Part shown: positions 8,798-14,518 of the stretch, piece after piece | Position numbering within the stretch: position 1 is the first letter of the stretch | Layout of the letters: the number at the start of each line of letters is the position of its first letter | Notes under the pieces: model-generated | Database searches by the model: none | Seen by the model: the letters and a program-made list of their open reading frames with translations, nothing else | What the model was told of the DNA's origin: nothing | Assembly (NCBI GenBank): GCA_029856155.1 | Contig: JAHQWL010000097.1 | Location: 1 to 14,518, forward strand | From: Promethearchaeia archaeon | GTDB lineage: Archaea > Asgardarchaeota > Lokiarchaeia > Sigyniarchaeales > SOKP01 | Length of the DNA stretch: 14,518 nt | Direction: 5' to 3' | Position numbers and translations under genes: made by a program

Positions 8798-9013
8798 TTA
8801 GAAGTATTTAATAGCTAAAAGGATGTCGTCTCGAGTTATTTTTTTACGTTTTGAGTGTTTGGTTAATGTTAATGCTGTTTTTGTCAATTTCTCAGCAGAT
8901 GAACCCAACCAATCAACCAATTCATTTACAGCATCTCGAGCAACAATAATAGCCCCATTATGTTTCATTAATCTTCTAATAGGACTCCAACTTATATATT
9001 CAGAACCTGCCAT
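8798..9013 (-). CDS. Archaeal histone (HMf-like singlet, variant)
   Basis: Aligns without gaps to HMfB (PIRRLMKHNGA...HSKRKKITRDDILLA). Start placed at ATG 9013 because the track start (GTG 9028) is part of a GTGGAGG ribosome-binding site. Confidence 0.93.
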   Translation of the reverse strand: MAGSEYISWSPIRRLMKHNGAIIVARDAVNELVDWLGSSAEKLTKTALTLTKHSKRKKITRDDILLAIKYF

Positions 9014-9107
9014 TTTTAATTCCTCCACTTTTTAAAATATTTACTTAAACTTTTATTAAATTTTATTGTTTTTTAAGAGTATGTTATATAGATATACAGC
9101 ATTTAGA

Positions 9108-9115
9108 TATTTAAA
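9108..9115 (-). promoter_or_regulatory. TATA box of the histone gene
   Basis: Minus strand reads GAACATAAATC-TTTAAATA-TC, an A-rich BRE-like stretch followed by the TATA box. Confidence 0.55.
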
Positions 9116-9289
9116 GATTTATGTTCATACTTAATTTTATGGAAACAAAAAGAAAAAAAATTATACGACAAAATTAGAAATTGTGAAGTTGATCAATTTC
9201 GTAGAAGTTAAGAATTTTTTATTAATTTACTAAAAGGTAAAAATTAAGATTTTAAAACTTACTGTATTCGTGTTTTTCAGCAATTTAAA

Positions 9290-10462
9290 TTACTTGCGAC
9301 TTATTTTTCCATTTTTTATTAAGTATCTCTCAGCTATTAAATTTGGATTCTTGCTAATTGTTTTCATAATCTGGTTATTAAGATTTTTTGTATTCTCAAT
9401 AATTTTAAGTGGTGGCGTTTCCCCTATTGCCATTTGGGCTAATTCCGTAATATAGTATGAATGAATATTCCGTTCTGTAGCAGAATTAGATAAAGTTGCA
9501 AGGCAACCTGTGCAGATATGAGCAATTATCTCCGCGTTTACGTGTTCCGCTTCAGATATTCTCTCTTTTGCGATTTTTGTTGCTAAAGTTCTATTTGATA
9601 TTATAAGAGGAGCTCCACAACATAGAGATTTTTCTTTATTATGTTCCATTTCTACTACTTCTGCCCCAATAATTTCAAGAAATTCCCTTGGACCATCGTA
9701 TATTTTCTTGTCCAAATTTCTCCATGGACAGGGATCTTGAAATGTAATTCTTTGATTGATCTTTTTTTTGATTTTTAACTCGCCTTGATGGTATTTTTCA
9801 ACAAAATAATCAATAATAGTTTGTCCCTCCACGTTAAATCCTTCAATAATTGAAGGATAAACACCTTTAATCATAGCATCACATCCAGGACAGAAGGTGA
9901 TAAGTTTTTCTACACCAAGTGTCTTAAATTTTTCATATAAATCTAATCCTTTTATCCTTGCTTCATCTTCACCAAAATAAGAATGAACATAACCACCACA
10001 ACAATACTCCATTCCTCCTAACAATGGCAAATCTCCCAATAATTTGGTCTGAGCCAAATCTGGAAAACAATAGGGAATACCACAGCCCACATAAAACATC
10101 TTGCTGCTTTTTGGAGGATTTTCGTATTTATTTAATTCTCGCTGTTTTTCCTCTGTATTAATTTCTAATGCTATTGACATTAGATTATGAGGAATCTCCT
10201 CCGTTATAAGCCCTATACTTCTAACCCCATTCTCACGATAATTTTTTAATCGTATTTCTCTTATAAGTGCATATGGATTTGACCCTGTTGGACAAATTAC
10301 ATTACAGTAAGAACAACTTGCACAATTTTTGATTATCTTTCGTGATTTTCTCGTCTCAATCATTTTAGAAATTTCTTCTTTAGCACTTTCTATGGGTAAT
10401 TGCAAAAATGGACACTGTTCAAGGCAGGTACCACACCGCTGACAAGTTTCTTCATTAAACAT
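9290..10462 (-). CDS. HdrD/GlpC-like (Fe-S)-binding oxidoreductase with two CCG domains
   Basis: Two ferredoxin motifs (CQRCGTCLEQCP, CASCSYCNVICP) and two CCG domains (YVGC..YCCGG..FCPGC; QDPC..LCCGA..ICTGC). Confidence 0.93.
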   Translation of the reverse strand: MFNEETCQRCGTCLEQCPFLQLPIESAKEEISKMIETRKSRKIIKNCASCSYCNVICPTGSNPYALIREIRLKNYRENGVRSIGLITEEIPHNLMSIALEINTEEKQRELNKYENPPKSSKMFYVGCGIPYCFPDLAQTKLLGDLPLLGGMEYCCGGYVHSYFGEDEARIKGLDLYEKFKTLGVEKLITFCPGCDAMIKGVYPSIIEGFNVEGQTIIDYFVEKYHQGELKIKKKINQRITFQDPCPWRNLDKKIYDGPREFLEIIGAEVVEMEHNKEKSLCCGAPLIISNRTLATKIAKERISEAEHVNAEIIAHICTGCLATLSNSATERNIHSYYITELAQMAIGETPPLKIIENTKNLNNQIMKTISKNPNLIAERYLIKNGKISRK

Positions 10463-10556
10463 ATTAATTATCTCTAAAAATTTGCAACTTTATTATTCAA
10501 AAAATAATAACATAATAAAAAGGAGTCAGCGGAATAATTTAATTTTAATGCATTAT

Positions 10557-11321
10557 TTATTTGATTCCATATAATAAACCCATTGTTTTCAATTCAGTTT
10601 TTACCAATTTGGGCATTGGTATCTCGTCTACAGTTTCAATAAAATTAACTTGCTGAATATCCCATGCTTTAATCTGTCTTATTAAATCCTCAGTTATTCC
10701 ATATCTTCTCTTATTTTTAAATGTATCTTGTAAAGAAAATGTACCTCCCTTTTTCAAAACTCTTAAAGATTCATTGATAAGTTTTCTCTTATCTCTCGTA
10801 TCTCTAACTTCATGATATACAAAATTGCTAACAATAGCATCAAATTCAGCATCTTTAAAAGGTAAATTTGAGGCACTTCCCTTCTGAAATACAATTTGAT
10901 TTGCCACACCTTCGTATTTGGCATTTTCTTCACATTGCTGTATAGAATAATTCCATCCCTTTCCCCAATAATCAATTCCCCATACGTTAGCTTCAGGGAA
11001 TCTTTTTGCAAGCTCTATTGCTAATGCTCCTGCTCCTGTACCAATGTCAAGTGCTTTTCCCTCACCATTCCAAGGCAATTTCTGGATAACTAAATCCCAG
11101 ATCTTATATTGTATTTCTTTATTATTTACTGAAAAGTAATAATAAAGATACATCATATAAGTGAAAGGGAAAAGCCATATTCCTGCTATTACCCATAAAA
11201 TTATTTTTATTACTAGACTTATTGGAAATAAAGTTGGAATTAAGAAAATCAAAAATACAACTAAAAAGAAATAGATCATATTTCGAGGGACCCAATTTCC
11301 ATAATTTATTGATTTGTTCAT
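10557..11321 (-). CDS. Class I SAM-dependent methyltransferase with two N-terminal TM helices
   Basis: Motif I ALDIGTGAG, VWGIDYW, LPFKDAEFDAIVSNFVYHEV and LRVLKKGG. N-terminal NYGNWVP followed by two hydrophobic helices. Confidence 0.92.
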   Translation of the reverse strand: MNKSINYGNWVPRNMIYFFLVVFLIFLIPTLFPISLVIKIILWVIAGIWLFPFTYMMYLYYYFSVNNKEIQYKIWDLVIQKLPWNGEGKALDIGTGAGALAIELAKRFPEANVWGIDYWGKGWNYSIQQCEENAKYEGVANQIVFQKGSASNLPFKDAEFDAIVSNFVYHEVRDTRDKRKLINESLRVLKKGGTFSLQDTFKNKRRYGITEDLIRQIKAWDIQQVNFIETVDEIPMPKLVKTELKTMGLLYGIK

Positions 11322-11368
11322 TTTTTACCACTATTGTGATTTTTTTAATTAATGATAATTTATTTTCA

Positions 11369-11376
11369 TATTTAAA
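11369..11376 (-). promoter_or_regulatory. TATA box of the methyltransferase gene
   Basis: TTTAAATA on the minus strand, 47 nt upstream of ATG 11321. Confidence 0.55.
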
Positions 11377-11377
11377 T

Positions 11378-11391
11378 TTAGGCATGCCTAA
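11378..11391. promoter_or_regulatory. Perfect 14-bp palindrome TTAGGCATGCCTAA, DtxR/MntR/SirR-like operator
   Basis: Perfect inverted repeat, GC-rich for this DNA. Fits the TTAGG-N4-CCTAA core of DtxR-family boxes. Lies 1 nt upstream of the TATA box, at the BRE position. Confidence 0.65.
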
Positions 11392-11513
11392 TATGTTTTA
11401 ATATATATCATGGTAAAGTTAAGTTAGATATAAAAAGAATGTTCTAAAGGAATATTCAGAAAAAGTTTAATATTAGATTATATATTTATTTATAAAAAAC
11501 TGTTTAATAATAA

Positions 11514-12095
11514 CTAATTTAAGTTTAGTCCGATTCCTATTTCATTTCTTCGTAGAGGGGGAGGAACAAAAGGATCACTATAATTCAAAAAAAATAGACT
11601 TCCCTGAGTTTGAATATGATTTTCTTCTAAGATTTCTAATAACTTATCTATGTATTTTTCTCTCTTTTTCTCGGTCATTCTCCCATAAAATCTTATAATT
11701 GCCACATTTCTTTCAGCTTGTTTTTCTGTTTTTATGTCCTCCATGAAGGGTGTTGGAGTATCTTTATTTTCATATTTTTTTGGCAAATAAAAAGCCATTC
11801 TTACTTCATTATTATCTGTAGTTTCTGTTAGAACTGGAGTTGTCATTGCAATTTTCTCTTTCTCTTTATTCTTTCCGAAAATATATGAAGCTAGTTTCGA
11901 AAACGCATTATTTGATGTAAATGCGTAAGTAGTTAAGATTTTCGATTGCTTATATTTTCGAATTTCAACTTTATCTAACTGTTCCAATATTTCATATTCT
12001 GGTTGTTCCCAGATATGTGGCGAGATCACACCCCACGCGAACCAGAGTGATATGATCACAGCAACTACGATCAATATAATAACTATTACATTCAT
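11514..12095 (-). CDS. SOUL-family haem-binding protein with N-terminal membrane anchor
   Basis: EQPEYEIL..VEIRKY, AFSKLASYIFGKN, KIAMTTPV, MAFYLP, YSDPFVPPPLRRNEI are all SOUL/HBP signature segments. Hydrophobic N-terminal helix. Confidence 0.92.
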   Translation of the reverse strand: MNVIVIILIVVAVIISLWFAWGVISPHIWEQPEYEILEQLDKVEIRKYKQSKILTTYAFTSNNAFSKLASYIFGKNKEKEKIAMTTPVLTETTDNNEVRMAFYLPKKYENKDTPTPFMEDIKTEKQAERNVAIIRFYGRMTEKKREKYIDKLLEILEENHIQTQGSLFFLNYSDPFVPPPLRRNEIGIGLNLN

Positions 12096-12346
12096 AATAA
12101 AGAAAGATTGATTGAATAATAAAAGTGATCTGTTTATGAAAGATAAACAATTAAAAAGTTTATTTAGTCCTAATAAATGGACTTAGTTCTTTTTATTTAT
12201 TAATTATAAACATATAGAACGGGATAATAATATTTGAAAAAGCTTCAGGATAAGATATTAGTTAATTGACCGTAAGGATTTAGAGTAGAGTATCTTGAAA
12301 AAGTTCTAATTTAATTGATAAAAAATTTGAAAATTATAAAAAAAAC

Positions 12347-12937
12347 CTATTGAACTTCGATTTTTTTCTTTTCTTTATGTTCTATTTCTTTCTTAGGCAA
12401 TTTTAGAGTCAAAATTCCTTTATCTAATTTAGCATCAATATTTTCTTCGTCAAGATTTTCAGGAATAGTAAAACTTCTATGGTAACTTGAGCTATGATAT
12501 TCTTTTCTAACAAAGCCTTCTTTCTTTTCCTCGTGTTCTTTCTTTTGTTCGCCTTTTATGTCTAGAATCCCATCATGAACTGTAATTTCGATATCTCCCC
12601 TATCTAATCCTGGTAATTCGGCAGTTATACTATATTTATCCCCTTCATCAGTAATATTTGTAAGTGGACTTCGGAAAAATTTATCCTCATCGAATACACT
12701 TAAATCAAAGGGTTCAAAATCCCAAAGACGAGCTGAACTCCAGAATTTATTGAAATAACGATCCATCTCATCAAAAAATCGATCGAAATTACTGAATAGA
12801 GATAATGGTCGATATTTTCTTAATTGAATTGCATTCTTTTCGTTTTGTTGTTTAGGAGTTTCTTTGATACTTTCATTTGACTCTGTAGATTTGCCTTTTT
12901 TTACCTCAATTTCTTTCTTTTCTTTTATTTCAGTCAT
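12347..12937 (-). CDS. hsp20: Small heat-shock protein Hsp20/alpha-crystallin family
   Basis: AELPGL, DIEITVHDGILDIKGE, SYHRSFTIPE, IDAKLDKGILTLKLPK and C-terminal IxV motif (KIEVQ). Start moved to ATG 12937 behind a GGAGGT ribosome-binding site (12945-12950). Confidence 0.95.
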   Translation of the reverse strand: MTEIKEKKEIEVKKGKSTESNESIKETPKQQNEKNAIQLRKYRPLSLFSNFDRFFDEMDRYFNKFWSSARLWDFEPFDLSVFDEDKFFRSPLTNITDEGDKYSITAELPGLDRGDIEITVHDGILDIKGEQKKEHEEKKEGFVRKEYHSSSYHRSFTIPENLDEENIDAKLDKGILTLKLPKKEIEHKEKKKIEVQ

Positions 12938-13031
12938 AATATCAACCTCCATTAATTTATATTTTAATTTTTATGTCAATTATTCTTCGTCAAACACAAA
13001 TTGACAATCAATAGTTATATATTAATCTCGA

Positions 13032-13050
13032 TATTTAAATGTTTTTATCG
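13032..13050 (-). promoter_or_regulatory. BRE + TATA of hsp20
   Basis: Minus strand reads CGATAAAAACA-TTTAAATA. Implies a transcription start near 13009 (inference). Confidence 0.6.
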
Positions 13051-13171
13051 TGAAGAATATGACTAACAAGCTCTAAAGTAATGAAAATGATGAAATATCA
13101 TTACTATTTTTAATAATTAATTGTATTCCTTAAAATTTAAATGATAGAAAAGAAAAAAAGAATGATCCACT

Positions 13172-13582
13172 TCATGTAGAAACTAAGAACATACCAAAAG
13201 CAATTTGGAATGCTAATAATCCCAATAAAATATATCCCATAAATAAGTGTAATAATCTAATTTTACTGCGTTTTTTATACGCTAAACTTAATATGACCTG
13301 AACGAGAACTACAATTAGACTAAAAGTCGCAATCCATCCATGCAAACTTAATATAATTGTTTCACCGGTAAATATAGGTGGTAACATCATGTAGATATAA
13401 GTAATAATAACCACTATACCTGTTATTACACCAGACCATTTATGCATTTGATAAAGTTCTAAGTGTCCTTTAGATTTTCCTATCCGTCCCGAAAACAAAG
13501 CTCCTAAAAGTACTGATATTAAACAAGAGATGAGTGCCATTGTACCAAATACAATATGGAATATAAAGTCACTAAAAGCCAA
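13172..13582 (-). CDS. Four-TM cytochrome b561-like dihaem membrane protein
   Basis: Four TM helices, each starting with a His (H9, H47, H81, H112). SLHGWI and H-x3-G motifs as in the cytochrome b561 core. TTG start with a GAGGAG ribosome-binding site upstream. Confidence 0.7.
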   Translation of the reverse strand: MAFSDFIFHIVFGTMALISCLISVLLGALFSGRIGKSKGHLELYQMHKWSGVITGIVVIITYIYMMLPPIFTGETIILSLHGWIATFSLIVVLVQVILSLAYKKRSKIRLLHLFMGYILLGLLAFQIAFGMFLVST

Positions 13583-14005
13583 TTATTTATCTCCTCTTCA
13601 TTATGTTCTAAATTTTTGTACTAATTTAATCATAAAAAGAATAGATATTTCCGTTCAAAATATTATTGGTTATAAAATATACAAAATTCTTTATTTTTAA
13701 TATAAATTGTCTGAAAATTGCCTGAAGAGTTATATTTTATAAAAAAAATATGATAAATAAAGCAAAGATTCATTAAAATTGAATTTTCACGGAAAAGATC
13801 TTTAAAGACTAGAATAACAATATAATTTAAGAGAGTTTATTATACGCAAGAATCCATTTTTAATATTCACGTTAAAATTCATGTCTGATACTTTATTCTT
13901 TGAATGAAAATTGAATTTATTAAGCATTTTTTCGCATATTTATCAAGTGGATGTCATGATCTTATATTCTTTGAATTTTATATAATGTGTAGTACATTTG
14001 ATAAA

Positions 14006-14103
14006 TACACCGAAGATCAAGACTCTAAACAAAGATACCAAGTACTCTCTATAATATGTTTGGCAACTTGGGTTAGAGATCACAACCACGTAGATATGGT
14101 GTA
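14006..14103. repeat. Nested imperfect inverted repeat (long hairpin)
   Basis: Outer stem TACACC (14006-14011)/GGTGTA (14098-14103). Inner arms 14023-14044 and 14057-14078 pair without gaps at 16 of 22 positions, plus 2 G-T pairs, around a 12-nt loop. Confidence 0.65.
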
Positions 14104-14157
14104 CAAAAAAAATAAATTATTAAAAGTATAAATAATAAAAAGTTCAAGTAAATATTA

Positions 14158-14518
14158 ATGTCTGAAGACAGAAGACTTCATAATAAAAAATCTCTAAAGA
14201 CAGAAAGGATAAAAGAAGAATTGGAAAAAATAAATCTGGATAAAAAATCAATTGATAAAATAATCTTAAATTATTCCTCAGAGGATATTGAGGAGAAATT
14301 AGACCTTCTCCGGATAAAGAGGAATGTAATAAATCCTGCCGGCTGGCTAATTGCTGCCTTAAAAGCTAATTATCTTAATCCTGAATCATCTAAAGAAGAA
14401 AAAATAATGGAAACAGAAGAAATAGAATCGGAAAGTAAAATAGTAAAACTAAATAAATTAGCTCTTAAAAAGAAAGAAAAAGAGGAAAAGGACAGATTAC
14501 ACATGGAAGAAGACTTGA
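14158..14518 (+). CDS. Hypothetical protein with a replication-initiator C-terminal-like motif, 3'-truncated; absent from the ORF track
   Basis: Manual translation from ATG 14158 stays open to the window end (120 codons): MSEDRRLHNKKSLKTERIKEELEKINLDKKSIDKIILNYSSEDIEEKLDLLRIKRNVINPAGWLIAALKANYLNPESSKEEKIMETEE... An in-frame TAA at 14149 bounds it upstream. Confidence 0.75.
   Translation, partial: MSEDRRLHNKKSLKTERIKEELEKINLDKKSIDKIILNYSSEDIEEKLDLLRIKRNVINPAGWLIAALKANYLNPESSKEEKIMETEEIESESKIVKLNKLALKKKEKEEKDRLHMEEDL

Noticed and set aside
7970-10510. AT-only palindromes (TTAATATATTAA near 7970; TTATTATT-N5-AATAATAA at 10490-10510)
   Set aside because: Low-complexity and expected at this base composition.
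558-11385. Short track ORFs overlapping longer genes (558-773, 3084-3266, 4048-4323, 4351-4557, 5369-5575, 6246-6446, 7334-7675, 8155-8340, 8245-8439, 8823-9035, 9270-9455, 9958-10161, 10763-11011, 11122-11385)
   Set aside because: Antisense or off-frame shadows of well-supported genes with no motifs. The His-rich 6246-6446 ORF simply mirrors GAT/GGT codons on the other strand.
1035-12980. TTATGTCAAT at both 1035-1044 and 12971-12980 as possible att or target-site repeats
   Set aside because: A 10-mer match is expected by chance in 14.5 kb of AT-rich DNA, and the enclosed genes include a core histone.
1879-13174. Selenocysteine read-through at the TGA stops of 1879, 7153 and 13172
   Set aside because: All three proteins appear complete at the TGA, and no SECIS-like hairpin was recognised downstream.
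14023-14078. Integron attC site (CTCTAAA...GTTAGAG ends)
   Set aside because: The left end lacks the invariant AAC in register, the stem pairs without the diagnostic extrahelical base, and no other attC-like sites or integrase occur in the window. Kept only as an unexplained hairpin.
13904-14131. 75-aa ORF from the track
   Set aside because: No recognisable motif or ribosome-binding site, and it overlaps the hairpin and direct repeats. More likely non-coding, though not excluded.

Overview
Very AT-rich archaeal DNA. An HMf-type histone, archaeal TTTAAATA TATA boxes, GGTGA/GGAGG ribosome-binding sites, an SDS22-type LRR protein and surface proteins with an 'IP(G/F)..TM..basic' C-terminal tail together point to an Asgard archaeon of the Lokiarchaeia (inference). 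In order, the window holds: a truncated membrane protein, a winged-HTH regulator, an LRR protein, a PA-domain M28-fold protein with a rewired metal site, two surface glycoproteins sharing an Ig-like stalk, an alpha/beta hydrolase, a PH-domain membrane protein, a variant histone, an HdrD-like CCG Fe-S protein, a membrane SAM methyltransferase, a membrane-anchored SOUL haem-binding protein, Hsp20 and a minimal 4-His cytochrome b561-like protein. At the right edge is an ORF missing from the ORF track, carrying a Rep/initiator-like 'NPAGWLxxA' motif and preceded by a ~100-nt nested inverted repeat. Best leads: a perfect DtxR/MntR-like palindrome over the BRE of the methyltransferase promoter within a haem/Fe-S neighbourhood, the right-edge hairpin plus Rep-like ORF, the histone R19I/T54K swap, and the non-canonical M28 active site. 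No rRNA, tRNA, CRISPR array, transposase or integrase was seen.
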